64,000 nt of DNA. Source: Paraspadella gotoi (lineage: Eukaryota > Animalia > Chaetognatha). Position numbers and translations under genes: made by a program. The stretch's first letter is position 1. Each line of letters starts with the position of its first letter. Shown one piece after another: positions 49,559 to 64,000 of the stretch. The stretch spans positions 26,702,694-26,766,693 of the forward strand of contig CM119265.1 in the NCBI GenBank assembly GCA_051294375.1, read 5' to 3'. A model generated the notes under the pieces. It saw nothing but the letters and a program-made list of their open reading frames with translations. It did no database searches and was not told where the DNA came from.

Positions 49559-51285
49559 AAAAGAGAGAGATACGCCGTCAGCAGCGGCGTCTCCGAAGCA
49601 GCGGTTTCGTAATTGGCGAGCGAATCGTACGATATCGATTTGAGAGACGCGCGACGGCGACGACGAAAATGGACGAGGATGCGAAGGAAGAATGCGTTCG
49701 AACTCCTGCCAACGGTATTTTCGGTCAAGATACGGCGGGACGCGAAATGGCTTTTGAGGGTCGTGACGATGAGGCGTACGCGATCTGTCGCCGCCAACGA
49801 CGGACGTCGACTGATCTATCTTGTGCTTCCTTCGGCCGCGGGTCGGTCGTCAAGCGGCGCCTTAGCTCCTTGATGCGATGACTAAGTGGAAGGAGGTTTT
49901 TTTTAAGCGCAAATTTATATTTTAGCCTCTTTATTTTTATTTAGCAAAAATAGTAAACACAAAATAATAATAATCGTAAATCTAAACCGTGGAGTTAATA
50001 TGAAAAGGAGTAACGGTGTAGATGAATGACCGATTAATGTTTCATTTCATTTCAGGGACTGTACGAGAATTGTAAGGTTGAAGGAAAGAAAAAATTTACG
50101 TTGTTTTTTTTGAGTATAATGTTAATGTTGAATGATCGGAAAGAATTTGATCGATGAATGCTATGATATTACAGGGGTAACGAACTGTATACTAGCTCAT
50201 CCCCTTCTTTAAACATAATAGTAACGAAGAACTCGACAAGAACCTGACGGGTCTCACCTGACCGATACCCTTGGCACCGTCCTCACCTCATCCTCGGCAC
50301 CGTAGCACCCCGGCCCCCGGCCTGGCCCCCGCCTTGGCCCCTCGCGCCTTCCTCTCTCCATCTCTTCTATTCGTTGAGCAGTGCGTGTCGGCCTGGACTG
50401 TACATTTGTCGGCCTAATGTCGGCTTGTTGATGTCCTGTGTTGAGTACTCTGATTTCTGGGATCCGTCCGCACGTCTGGTCTGTTTAGAGCGAAGCGTCG
50501 ATCGTAAGAGTCGAACGCGAATGAACTATCGTTAATCGAGTCTTTGCGGGAAAGGGAGATGAGAGGGAGAAAGGGAGGGACAGTGGAAGGGGAGTGAGAA
50601 GATGTCCGGGGATTAATCTTGTTCGAGAAAGGCCGTGTTGGCCTGAAACCCGGCGACGACGCAATTAGGCGACGAGGAGGCGGAGTCGTTCGGTCAGATG
50701 GAGCTGGAGCTATTTTGCGGGAGATGTTGATCGCTGTGAGGAGGGCTTGGAGCGGGTGAGAAGCGATATTCATGAGTGGACGTTTTAGGTCCAAGGTCAA
50801 AACGCGATTCAAGATGAAAAATGTCACGAAAGGGAACATAAATTTATTTTTGGGTGTTTTTTTGTTTTCGTCAGTTTCAGTAGTAAGTCAGAATAAACGA
50901 AAACAAGTGGTTTATTTTGTTTTTCAATTTCTTCGAGTAATCGATATTTTCGATCAGAAGTCAATGGCAACAACACCTGTAAACTTATAAAACGAACGTT
51001 GTAATCTATGTGTCCGTTGTCAAGTGACGCTAATCTCCGAATGGATGTATGACATAGATGCATGATCAACGGATCGACGGACCGCCCGACGCGTTTTCTC
51101 TCCATCTTCTAAATATGATTTCTGACGAAATAAATAAAAAATCCAAGTTTAACCATCGAACGACCTTTTGTAATTATTGTAAAAAAATGATAACATCACA
51201 GTGGAATTAGTTGTCTTCGTACGAGGGGAAAAATGTTACCCCTCGGAGTAACTCGGTCGGTGGAAACAAATTTGGAATCAAAAAC

Positions 51286-51324
<39 letters not shown>

Positions 51325-53593
51325 GAGAGAGGAGAGTAGAGAAGAGAGTAGAGAGAGTCCGAGAGAGTCAACCAGTCTTTCCCAGAACACCTATTCCCAA
51401 TCTAATGGGAACAAAAATCATTTTTTAGCTCGCGAGATGATAAGCAGATAAATTGTTTTACCGCTTTATCAACTCTTAAATACTGTTACAGCAGTGAGCC
51501 TAATGTTAAAATGATATATTCGTCTTATATTGGGCTTTCAAATAAATATACAATCAATGGTAATCAAGAATTTATTAACCTAGGGGAATTATTTCTATGT
51601 CCGTGTAGAGAAACTAAAGTCCCGAGGAAACTAAGGACGAAGGACAACATTCGTTTTCTTTGGCTAAAATAACCTTATTAGATGCTTATTGATTCAGGAA
51701 AAAAATACAAACTAAATAACCAAGAGTAGTTACTTTTTTGTTCTTGAATGCCCCCTAACATCAAATCGATCAGTTTCACTATAAATATCTTTAATGTAAA
51801 TGTCAATTTTTCGGATACACGACAGTATTCAACTTCTCCAAAGCGATCTTGAAATAAAATTTTAAAAAGAAATTTTTGTTTAAACGGATTTTTAAATAAA
51901 GAAAAACAAATACTAAATGCAATTTTCTTTCCCGCTTATATAACTTATATACTACTTATGTAGTTACTTACTGTTCGCCCTTTATCGAAATATTATATTC
52001 TTATAAATTTGATAGTTCTCAACGGCGTCGTTTTAATCGGGTCGGATGTAAGTCCGTCGACGCCCCCCTTCTCCTCCGCCACCATCATTCTCTGGCTCGC
52101 CCACACTTGCAATTTCTGACTCGTTCACGGACGTTAAGTCGATCGGGCTCGCACCCTGTGACCACCGATAGGTTCGTGGTCGGGTTTTAGAGGAGTTCTG
52201 GGCGGCAGTCAAGCGCGATCCGCGATTCGATTCGAAGGCGTGGTCCGGCGTAAACCGGCGTCACAGAGCTGACGACCGGCGCGGTGCAAAGGCGGCTGCC
52301 CTTTTTGTCCTCCGTACGCCCTTTTCCGCCTGTATAGGCATCGAAGTGCTAGACATGCGAATTCTTGATTCGAAAAATCGAGGCCTAAATTTTCTCTTCG
52401 TGCTGCCGATGGAGGCTTTTAGCAGAGACCTCTCATAACAACGGTGTGTTAATACTGGCACATCAAAAAGGGCCAATCAATCTTCTCTCTCAGTCTCTCT
52501 TCTCTCTTCTTTCTCTCTCTCTGTCTCTTTTCTTCTTCTTCTCTCTTCTCTCTCCATCTCTCTCTTCTCTTGCTCGTCTTCTCTCTCTCTCTCCTCTTTC
52601 TCTCTCTTCTGTTCATTTCTCTCCTCCTGTCTTCTCTCTTCTCTCTAATCTCTCTCTTCTCTATTTCTCGTCATCGTCCATTCTCCTCTCTCCTCTCTCT
52701 CTGTCTATCTTTTCTCTCTGTCTCTCTCATCTCCATCTGTCTTCTGTCTGCTGTTCTTCTCTCTCCCTCCCTTATTAAGAAAGGCAAATCTCTCCACATC
52801 CCTGTCTGCCCCCCACATATCCCCCACATCGTGTGCCGCTGAACGGCCGATAAAGGCATCTTAACCCTCTTTTCGGCGGGTGAGTCAAAAGCCGCCGCCT
52901 TCTTTGCGCGAAAGAGGCCGGCGCATTATGATGGTGAAATCATGAAAACAAATTGAACGAACGAGGTGAACTAACTTACCTTTCTTGGTTTCGGGTAAGT
53001 GAGTGGAGGGGAAACTCACCATCGTTGAGTCTCGTCGTGAATGGTGGGGTGAGACGAGAGAGACGAAGAGAGAGAGAGAGCGAGAGAGAGAGAGAGCGAG
53101 AAGAGTGAGAGAGAGAGAGGAGAGAGAGAAGAGAGAGACGGGGCGGAAACAGTCTGGCTGTNNNNNNNNNNNNNNNNNNNNNNNNNGTCATCAGTGTCAT
53201 CATGATCGGCGAATCTTTGTACGTCGTCGTCTTTACAATTTTTTTGTCACTTTTTAATTGCAGGGTTTTCGATGGAACCGTGTTTCTCTGTACTCGCCGA
53301 ACCTATTGGGGGAGTTTACGGTAAATGATTTCGAAGTGGTACAGTAGTAGCGTCAGATCGATATCCAATGGTTGGTGGAGATTTTTTTCAAATCTCACTT
53401 CTGATTGGCTGCTTAGTTGGGACAAATAAACTTGATTGATCTTTGTGATCGGATGTTGTTTACTTTACTACTTTACAACAAATTGTTTTACGTTACAATT
53501 TATGACATCGTTTTTTTAATTTCCTAATTTATAAAATGATAATGATACAGCAGTAAAGCAAGATAAGAAAAAAAGAAAATAAAATAAATAAAA

Positions 53594-53694
<101 letters not shown>

Positions 53695-54661
53695 CCGTCC
53701 CGACAAAAGAGGCCAGTAATCTCCCAAAAATGTTACCCCCTGTCGGCCTCAAATATTTCAGAATGAATCACAAAAAATAATAATAATTCAAGATTTTCGA
53801 CTCTTAATACATAATACATAATCGGCTGAAGAAAGAAAAGGAAAAAAAGAAAGAAAAAGGAATTAAGGAGAAAAATCAGTTTGCAGAATTTAAGCGTTTG
53901 ATTAATTCGGAGAAAGAAGTCGCTCTTACTCGTTGTGGGAGGATAGACAGATTGGCAGGAATGAAAATGGAGTCGGGGAAAGATGAATAGATAGACACTG
54001 GATAATAAAGTTTATATTACATATCAATAGATAGATAAAAGGATAAAAAATAGATACAATTAAATGGAAAATGGCTAAAAAAATAATAAATAAATGGATA
54101 GATAGGTAGATCGCTATATAGATAGATAGATAATAAATAGATAGATGATGGATAGATAGAAAAAAATTGAAAAAACATTTATATTCAAAATAAAAAACGA
54201 AACAAAGACAAAACAAAAAATCAAAATGAAAAACAAAAAGGCAGAAACACAAAATAAAAAGATCAGAAAGACTAAAAGACAGAGAGAAAAAGACAGAAAG
54301 ACGTCATCGTAAAAAGAAAGACAACGGAGGGAAATTGTTTAAAAGGCGAGCGTCGGATTTAACTGTGGGTGGTCTCTGTAACACAAAGTATGAAAAGTGT
54401 TTCTACCAGCATTTATTCTTTTCTTTCTTTTATTCTCTTTCTTTTCCTCTCTCTAGCAGATTTCTATTATTATGCTAAACACCTGACTCTGTCTCTCTCT
54501 CTCTCTCTGAGTCATCGTGTGAGAAAAAGTGAAAGAGATTGAAGCGACGTTGGCTAATGGTTGAATCAAAGAATAAAAAAGAAATAATTATTGAAAAGTA
54601 AAACCATTTAAAAAAAAAGAAAAATGATTTCCGAGACAAAAGAGAAGAGAATCTTTCCGGT

Positions 54662-54696
<35 letters not shown>

Positions 54697-55096
54697 CTCT
54701 CCTTCTCTCTCTCTCTCTGCTTCTCGATCTCTCTCTTCTCTCTCTCTCTCTCTCTCTTGCATCCTTAATCTTTTTGAACTGAGTTCGTGTTGAACCTGTT
54801 TACGTTAAGCTTTTTACTGCCTCCTCATTTGCTCTTATTAAAGAGTCGGTTAGGTGGCAATTTCTTTGACTGTCCGAACGTGCGAAACCGACTCTCTCTC
54901 TCCTCCTCTCTCTCTCTCTCTCTCTTCTCCTTCTTCTCATCTCTCTCTCTCTCTCCTCTCTGCTCTTCTCAAAGGTAACGGTGCGCAACTAGATTGTTGG
55001 TTTTTATACCACATTGACTTTTAATTTTTATTCGCATTTTGAATTCGCAACCCGATTATAAAACGGAGAAAAAGAAAGAGAGAGAAGAGAGAGAGA

Positions 55097-55172
<76 letters not shown>

Positions 55173-55602
55173 GGACGCAGCCCGAACTTCATTAAAAGAT
55201 TATACGAGGTCTCAAAAAAAAATCTTTTTTGCCACCGGGACGTAGATTTCCTCCAAAGATCTATGTCGCTTTCCCCGTCATTCGCTCGTCAAACGGTCGC
55301 CCCGCAAGAAAGAGAGACTTCGGGAGTGGGGGGGGCGGATTCAGCGGGCACTTTCTAATGCCCAAGCGGCACGGGATTGGGGCGGCGGGGTGGATGAAAA
55401 AGGGCGGAAAAGAGATTTTAAAGTTTTTTTTTTTAAGATTCTCGCTAATGAAGGATGACGGGGTTGAAAAAGCATTAAGAGGGGGAAAGGAAAAGGAAAA
55501 AAGAAGAAAAAGAAGAGAAAAAACAGGAAATAAAGAAAATTGGCGGTTTTACGGCTTTTACGTGCCCTTTCAAAGGAACAGGAGAGAGAGACAGAGAGAG
55601 AG

Positions 55603-55687
<85 letters not shown>

Positions 55688-55876
55688 TGAGGAAAAAAGA
55701 GTGAGATAGAGAAGGTTATTGCGTCCCAGTTAGAAAGTAAGACTAAAAAACGGAGATAGAGAGTCTTTAGAAAAAGAGAGAGAGTCGAGTCACCAAAGAA
55801 CAGAAGAGTAAAGAGACCCGGATAGAGGATTGAGATGAAAAAAAGCCGTTAGATGAGAAGAATGAGAGTAGGAGAG

Positions 55877-55907
<31 letters not shown>

Positions 55908-55908
55908 A

Positions 55909-55967
<59 letters not shown>

Positions 55968-57345
55968 GAGAGAGAGGAGACGAGGAGAGAGAGAGAACGA
56001 AGAGGCTAATTACAAAGAATTCATATCTCGATGTTAAGAATCAGATAATGATTGGAGATTAAAATCTTTTTTTTCTTTTTTAAAACGATTTTTTTAAAAA
56101 ATATTTAAAAACAAAAAGAATTTCTTTTTCTATATCAAAATGGCCAAAAAAAGAAAAAGTTTAAAAAGGGGGTCCATTTCAATTCTTCCTGATCCGGCGA
56201 TTATGAAGAAGACAAGAAAGGCAAAGAGAAAAAACGGTTGAACAGTAATGAATCACAAATAAAGTTTTGTGTCAATGGATGATGAGCTCGATTTAATCGC
56301 CAAAATGAGGGGGACGACGACACGACGACGACGACGCGACGACGACGACGCGGACGACGAACGACGACGACGGCACGAAATCAGATCAGTCAAAAAAAAA
56401 ATTATCCATGAGCCTTTTTTTAAATCCAATTTTTTGAGTCCGACAATTAAGCGAACTTCTGATCTGAAACTTTCTCTTTTTTTTCGATCTTTTCGCTTTA
56501 AAACAAGTTTTTTTTCCAAATGGCGTTGGCCAGTTGCGAATTAGGGAGAGAGAGAGAGAGAGAGAGAGAAGAGAAGAGAGAGAGAGAGAGAGAGAGAAAC
56601 AAATTTGTAATAATAAACTGTCGCAATTCTAAATACTTTTTTTTTACTTATTCCAAAGCACGTGAAATTTCTCAATCTAATCATCGCTCGAATAAACATA
56701 AACATCAAATTCTCCTTTTCATAAATCGTCAAACACAAATCAGAATCCTTTGCCCGCCCTAGGTGGCGCCTGCCGCCCTCTAACTTTCTCTCTTTCTTTT
56801 CTTTAATTTTTATCTTTCTTTTTTCCTTTCTTTTTTTTCCCCTTTGATATATGCGACTGAGTCGAGATGAGGTCGCTTATCCCTCATTTACGTCCAAAGT
56901 CTTAAATCAAAAAAATCTCTTTTTTTTCTTTGATGACTTAGAATTAGTTATTTTTTTAAAAAAGAGTGAGAGAATGAGGTAATGTGTGGAATGGTCTGCG
57001 GTACCTTCTGATTTTATTTAATAATTCATTTATAAAAGCTTTGCCCATTGCCCGACATTTATTAATCGTTGTCAGTTTTATGAAAATTAAAATATAATTT
57101 AGAATTATAAAAAGCGAGGTATATTCATTTAGATATTATTAATAATTCCTGGACTTTTTATTAAGATTTTTTATGCTAATATATTTTCTTTGCAAAAGAA
57201 TGATCCAAATATAACTGACATTTACTTCATAGTATACTTACCAGCCAATTAATACAATTGGGCCTTATCTCCCCTCAGTCGAAATAGCCAACTATTTTCC
57301 CCTCTCGTTTAAGTCAAAATCTCAACGAGGGACATAATGTCTCTC

Positions 57346-57380
<35 letters not shown>

Positions 57381-57502
57381 AATATTATATTGTTATATAA
57401 AGTATATATATTTATATCCAGGACGACGGTCGTATTATCAACGTGGAGGTCAAAAATATTAACGATTATTCCGGAAGTCATTTGGAAAAAAGACGATATG
57501 TA

Positions 57503-57550
<48 letters not shown>

Positions 57551-57649
57551 GCTCTCTCTCTCTCTCTCTCTCTCTCTTCCAGCCCTCGCTATCGAGAGAA
57601 GAAACAATTCAATGGAGCGACGACAGAGCTAAGTCGATTTTGTTGAAAT

Positions 57650-57684
<35 letters not shown>

Positions 57685-57716
57685 TTCTCTCTCCTCTTCT
57701 CCATTCCCTCTCTTTC

Positions 57717-57747
<31 letters not shown>

Positions 57748-58221
57748 CTCTCTCTCTCTTCTTCTCTTAAAAAAAAAATTGGGGGAGAAGGTTTTTGAAG
57801 AGCAATTTGTTTTAAACTTTGTCAGACAAATCAAGAAGACTCGTTTGAGTTATGGGGGGAGAGAGAAAGACAGAGACAGAGAGAGAGAGAGAGAGGGAGA
57901 GAGAGCAAATTAAGTTAAATCGTTGATGGCTTTTAATAAAACTTGAAAATTACACAAACGCGATACATTTCCTTTTGAAAGTTTATTTTTATTTATTTTT
58001 ATAAAGATATAACGGTTTAGTTTACTAAATAATCTAATTTCGTTTCAGTGCTAGTTATTTATATGTAAACACTAAACCGAATTTTAAAACATTTTCAACA
58101 ATGTAGAAATTTTTCGTCAGATTTCCCAAGTCGTATCAAACGAGCGGTCACGGACGAACGGACAACGGTCAACGGACAATGGACGTACGGACGGATTATT
58201 ATCGTTTGTAACAACGAAATA

Positions 58222-58295
58222 ATTATTTCCGTCAATTATTCCGTCAATTATTCCTTCAATTATTCCGTCAATTATTCCGTCATTTATTCCGTCAG
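58222..58295. repeat. 12-bp tandem repeat (AATTATTCCGTC)n, ~6 copies
   Basis: Directly visible repeat. Confidence 0.85.
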
Positions 58296-58749
58296 TTTTG
58301 GTCCAATTAATCGATCTAAAAACTCTTTGCCTCTTGATGAATTAATTCGATGTTTGTTGCCCAAAAAATTCGTTGACGCTACAACGTAAACAAGAACGAC
58401 AACAATAACAATAGAGTCGAAACGTAAATTATAGGTGACAAGTTTTCGGATTTTTGTAACCCAATTAATTCTGGGACGGAGTGCGTTCATTCGGAACAAG
58501 AGAGAAAATCGCCGTACAAAGTTTATCAAAACAACTGTCGATGATATTATCATACACACAAGGCTCAAAATTAAAAGGTGACCTATAACGAGATGATCGT
58601 CGTTTTTTAAAGATGTTTATAAAAATAAATATTAACTTCAATTATTTATAGATTTTTTTCTGCTATCAAATTCTGATTATCAATTTCAACATTTTTTTTT
58701 TCAACTTAGACAAACTTTAGAAAATTCTTCGATTTTGTTTTTCATGAAA

Positions 58750-58872
58750 ACAAAGATGGCGACACATATCGACACGCCCATTGTTGATTGTCGACTGATT
58801 GGCAGCTGATTGGCCCTTGATTGACATCTGATTGGCAAGAGAATTAGCTTCGCTCTCTCGTCTCTCGCAAGA
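58750..58872. promoter_or_regulatory. Promoter-like motif cluster (YY1, KLF/Sp, triple CCAAT)
   Basis: AAGATGGCG (58753), CACGCCC (58773), CTGATTGG x3 (58795, 58806, 58828), TGATTGACA (58818), TCTCGCAAGA (58863). Confidence 0.4.
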
Positions 58873-59569
58873 AACGAAAACAATCGAAATATCGTGAGAA
58901 TTTCCGTCTGGACAATTTACGGTTGATCAAATCGTTAAACGTTATTTGTTAAAGATTATCCATTTATTATCAAAGACGTATTTTCACTCATTTTAAACTA
59001 TTCCATTTTAAACTAAACGCCCACTTATTTTTTAAATTAATTAAACAGTTTCATGTTTTTATAAAGAAAGATAGCTATCTACTTTTAATTTTTGAACCCT
59101 CTCTCTCTCTCTCATCTCTCTCTTCTCTCCTCTCTCATCTTCTCTCTCTCTCTCTCTCGTCCTCTCTCTTTCTCTCTCTCTCGTCTCTCTCCTCGTCTCT
59201 CTCTCTCTCTCTTCTCTCTCTCCTTTTCTTCTCCTTTTCCAATCCCCTACTCCAAGAGTTCAACTCAATTGTCATACATGAATTCCTGACGGATGTCCGA
59301 GTGGAACGGTTTGGCCTCGTTTTTCGCTCAACTCTGTCGTTTTTCGCTTCGCTTCTCTCTGTCGGTCTCGTCGTTTTTAAGTTCTTTAACCCCCTCTCGT
59401 CTCTCCTCTCTCTCTCTCTCTTCTCTCTCGGCTTCCTCTTTCTCTCGTCTTCGCTCTCTCTCTCTCTCTGCTCTCTCTCTTCTTCTCTCTCTCTCTTTCT
59501 TCTCTCTGCTCTCTCAGTCTCTCTCGTTCGGTCTCGTCTTCTCTCTCTCTCTCTTTTCTCTCTCTCTCT

Positions 59570-59626
<57 letters not shown>

Positions 59627-59648
59627 TCTCTCTCTTTTCTCTCTCTTC

Positions 59649-59685
<37 letters not shown>

Positions 59686-60975
59686 CTCCCTCTGTTCTCT
59701 CCGCTCGTCGCTCTCTCTCTCTCTCTTCTCTCTCTTTCTCTATCTCCTCTCTCGTCGTCTCTCCTCTGCGTTCTCTCTTCTCTCTCTCTCTCTCTTCTCT
59801 TCCTCTCTTTCTCTTCTCCCTCTCTCTTCTCCGATCTCATCTCGTTCTCTCTTCTCTCTCTCTCCTCTCTCTCTCCTTCTCCTCTCTCTCTGGCTCTCTC
59901 TTCTGTCTCCGCTCTCTCTCTCTTCGATCCCTCTCTCTCTCTGCTCTCTGTCTTTTTTTCTATCCTCCTCTCGTGCGCTCCTCTCGTCTGCGTCCTCTCT
60001 CTCCTGCTCTCTCACTCTTCTCTTCCGTCTCGTCTTTCCTTTCTCCTCTTCTCGGTCGTTCCGTCTTCTCTCCTCCTCTTATTGTTTCTTCCTTCCCTCC
60101 TCTAACTTTTAATTCTCCGTTTCCCTTCTACCCCCTTGTCCACTTTCAACCCTTCTTTCTCTCTAAGGTCTCCCTCAGCTCTTCCACCAGACTCGCACTC
60201 TATCACGCCCATCCACGCTTCGACAAACAACATTTAGGTAGGCAACGCACTCTCGAACAACCCGCGGCAGGTTCGACTTCCTGCGCCTTCCCTGCGGTCA
60301 TTAACGTATTTAGTCGGTTTGCTCACTTCACGTCTTTCATGTCTTAGTCCAAGCTGCATTCAGTGGAGAGATTTGGGTAAGCGGTAGAGGGAGAAAGGAG
60401 AAAAAGTTTGGAGGAAAGGAGAGATGAGAGAAAGAAAAGAAGAGAACAGTTGGAGAAAAAGAGAGGGATAGGGAGGTACAAGGAGAGGGGGCGAAGGTCC
60501 ATTGTTAGGTAAGCGTACAGTGTGAAGATGCTGGTACTCAAGGAGGTAAGAAAAGGAGAGAGAAATGGATCAGGAATACTAGACAGGTACATTCTTCAGA
60601 TAGATGGTACAGGTGGACATGCAGGTACAGGAAGGGAGGAAGAAAGGGGAAGTGCAAAAAAGAAAAGAAAAAAGAAAAAGAAAGAAAAAAAAGAAACGAA
60701 TTCGACAACTGAAAAGTAGCAAAAGTGAAAAATAGCATTGACAATAAATGCGAAGAATGAAGAGCACCTCCACTTTCTCTCTGCATCTCTTCCTCTCGTC
60801 TCCTCTCTCTCGGATCTTCCTCTTTCTCTCTTCTCTCTCTCCTTTTTCCTCTCTCTGCGTCTCTTCTCCTCTCTTCTCTCATCTCTGTCTTTCTCGCTCC
60901 CAGATCTCTTCTCTCTCTTCGTCCTCTCCTCTGTCCTCTTCTCTCTTCTTTTCTCGTCTCTCTTCTCTCCTCTCA

Positions 60976-61018
<43 letters not shown>

Positions 61019-62084
61019 TCCTCTCTCTCTCATTTCCTCTCTCTCCCTCTCTCTCTCTCTTGCTCTCTCTCTCTTTTCTCATCTCTCTCTCTCCTCTGCC
61101 CTCCGTGTCGTTACATCGTCCTCCCTCCTCCGCTCCTGCGTCACTCTCCTCATCCTCTCTCTTCTCTCTCTGTCTCTCTCTCTCTTCCTCTCTCTGTCTC
61201 CAAACTAATGTCCAGTCCCTTTCTCGAAATTAATTCCGACGTCCGGTGCTCTTGTCCCTCTTCTTATTCATCTCTTTTCATCTCATCTCAACTTTTCTTT
61301 TCATCTCATCTCATCTCATCTCATCTTCTTTCTCTCACCTTCTTCTCTTCTCTACATGCTTTTCTCCTTTCTCTCATACCTTTCTTCTCCCCTTTCAACC
61401 TCTCTTTCATCTAGAATCCTCCTCTTTTCTTTCGGAAGCTCAGCAGCAACTGATTCGTAATTGAGCTTCGGATTCGCTCTCTTCTCTCCAATTTTAGAAT
61501 TTCTCTCTCTCTCTCTCCTCTCATGCTCTCGCCTCTTCTCGTCATCTCTCGCTGCGACGCCTCGGTCATCTCTCACTTTTCTCCCTGCTCCCTCTCGCTC
61601 TTGTCTCGATCATCAGATCCTCTCGCTCTCTCTGTCTCTTCCTCGATCGTCCTTCCTCTCCCTCCCCTACGTCCCATCTCTCTCCCTTCCTCGTCCGATC
61701 TCCGCCGCCCTATCTCTCTACCTCTCTCTCGCTCTCGTCTCTCACTCTCTCCATATGAATGTGTGTCTGTTTATCTGTCTTTCGGAGTCTTTTGGATTTT
61801 TCGATGCCAAAGAGTGGAATCAAAAGTGCGAATGGAATCTCGATCTTAGCGAATGGAAGATCGTGGATTTGGCAAATCCGCCGCCGGCCCCCCCCGCCCC
61901 CGCCCCTCCCCGTTCCTTTTCCTTCTCCCCTCCCCCGCCCGTTCCCACTTTTTCCCTCTCGTCCCGCTAATTTCCTTCCCTTCTGGCGAATAATTTTTTT
62001 TTCAGAGAATAATTTGATTCGTCGAGGGAATAAAACGATATGAAGGATTAATGTAAATGTTGAGGTACATAGATTCATCCAAAC

Positions 62085-62335
62085 AAGTCATTAATTCATT
62101 CTTTAATTCATCAGCTGATTAGTTGTTCCGTTAGTCCACTAAATATTTCATTCATTCATTAATTCATTCCTTTATTCATTCATTCATTTATACATTTATT
62201 CATTTCTTCCTTCATCAATTCATTCATAAATTCGTTCATTTATTTCTTCCTTCATTTATTTATTTAAATATTTACCTCTTTATTTATTTAATAATTATTC
62301 ATTTATTTATTCATTCATTCATTCTTTCATTCCTT
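62085..62335. repeat. Degenerate (TTCA)n/(TTTA)n tract
   Basis: Recurrent ATTC/ATTT tetramers. Confidence 0.8.
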
Positions 62336-64000
62336 TTTTTAACTAGTTTTCGTTTCGTTGATTCAAACTTCTTCAAACTTTAAGGTTTGAACAAATCATT
62401 TATCCAACGTTTTATCATCGATTTTTTTGATTGATCGATGATACGCCAGTCGTCGTCGTCGTNNNNNNNNNNGTCGTCGTCGCCGCCTCCAAAAAAGAAA
62501 TTATCTTCCATGATCGATACACTTCCCGTTTTAGCAACAAAAAAAAGAAAAAAGAAAAAAAGAAGAAAATATCTCGCGGGTTTGATAAAAAAAAAACTTT
62601 NNNNNNNNNNNNNNNNNNNNNNNNNNNNNNNNNNNNNNNNNNNNNNNNNNNNNNNNNNNNNNNNNNNNNNNNNNNNNNNNNNNNNNNNNNNNNNNNNNNN
62701 NNNNNNNNNNNNNNNNNNNNNNNNNNNNNNNNNNNNNNNNNNNNNNNNNNNNNNNNNNNNNNNNNNNNNNNNNNNNNNNNNNNNNNNNNNNNNNNNNNNN
62801 NNNNNNNNNNNNNNNNNNNNNNNNNNNNNNNNNNNNNNNNNNNNNNNNNNNNNNNNNNNNNNNNNNNNNNNNNNNNNNNNNNNNNNNNNNNNNNNNNNNN
62901 NNNNNNNNNNNNNNNNNNNNNNNNNNNNNNNNNNNNNNNNNNNNNNNNNNNNNNNNNNNNNNNNNNNNNNNNNNNNNNNNNNNNNNNNNNNNNNNNNNCT
63001 CTCTTTCGGGTCCCTCGTTTGTTAGGAACTTGGAATTTCTTCTCGAATTACGACACGAAAAAATAATTAGTATTAAAGATTTGGGGAGGAAGAAAAAAAA
63101 AGATTAGTAATTATTAATTATCTCGTCGGTCCGCTGCTCATTCGTTGAACTTTCTCTTTAACCTTCCGAAGAGAGAATTGTTATTTTTATTATGTTTATT
63201 TTTTTTATGTTTTGTTTGTTTTTGTCAGTTGTTTGTTTTTTTATTTGTTTGTTAATTTTTTTTAATTTTATGGTGTATTTGTGTTATTTTTTCTTGTTTA
63301 ATCGTTGGTTTGTTTGTTTGTTAATGTTTTGTTACTTTGTTTGTTAGATTAATTTGTTTTAGCTTTCGACATGTATGTCAGTTGGCTACGCGCGATAAAT
63401 GTTTGTACAAACATTCGTCGTCGTCGTCGTCGTCGTCGTCCTCATTTAATTTTTTTTTTCAGAATTCTTAATTTCATAGTTATTTTTTGAGCATTATGAG
63501 TTGGCAAGGAAAAGAGCGAGAGAGCGAGAAGTTAAGAACTTAAATAGAAATGTTTTCAGGTGGACATTAATTGACGGAGAAATCTTAGGGATTTTAATTT
63601 TATTGCGTGNNNNNNNNNNNNNNNNNNNNNNNNNNNNNNNNNNNNNNNNNNNNNNNNNNNNNNNNNNNNNNNNNNNNNNNNNNNNNNNNNNNNNNNNNNN
63701 NNNNNNNNNNNNNNNNNNNNNNNNNNNNNNNNNNNNNNNNNNNNNNNNNGAGAGAGAGAGAGAGAGAGAACACCAAACAATAAAGCTCCTTCAAAAAAAG
63801 GGGCGAATTCGATGCAGTAATTAATGCCCGTCGTTAATAAAAACAAAAAAGAGAGACCGACAGATTTTTTACCGACAAAAAGAAAACATTAAAAAGAATT
63901 AAAACTTTTTTCTTTTTCTTTGAACTTATCTTAACTTACCTCTCATCCTCCTCCTGCTTTAGCCACTCGTCTTTTCACTTACCCTTCACACCTCTTTTTC

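Noticed and set aside
49613-49881. GC-rich ORFs containing an RRRRRKW string reminiscent of a homeodomain end
   Set aside because: No upstream helix-3 motif (WFxNRR) or other homeodomain residues; the arginines come from CGA repeats.
49420-52500. Repeat of AGCAGAGACCTC..ATAAC..AACGGTGT..CTGGCA..TCAAAA (~49464 and ~52421)
   Set aside because: The second copy is embedded in very noisy sequence; more likely a redundant low-quality read than a repeat family.

Overview
Animal (bilaterian) genomic DNA from a gappy draft assembly: about 12% N, recurrent 25-N gaps, and indel-rich stretches resembling uncorrected long reads. The only recognisable gene is a three-exon BarH/Barhl (NK-like homeobox) gene on the + strand at ~1927-5698. 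It has an eh1/FIL motif in exon 1, a homeobox broken by small indels in exon 2 (so it is invisible in the ORF track), and the Bar-type TKWKRQ..VGLELL..AG tail in exon 3, which is present twice in tandem. The remaining ~58 kb has no recognisable coding sequence and looks like the regulatory gene desert of a developmental gene. It holds dense microsatellites, several minisatellites, a 16-bp-unit foldback array, a dispersed retroposon-like 3' end family, Penelope-like fragments (one with a degenerate minimal hammerhead ribozyme, one a perfect 32-bp inverted repeat), and recurrent octamer, TCF, nuclear-receptor, E-box, CCAAT and GGTAAGT motifs. Nearly all ORFs in the track are microsatellite or N artefacts. 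I found no convincing new multi-gene system; the best leads are RNA-structural and cis-regulatory.
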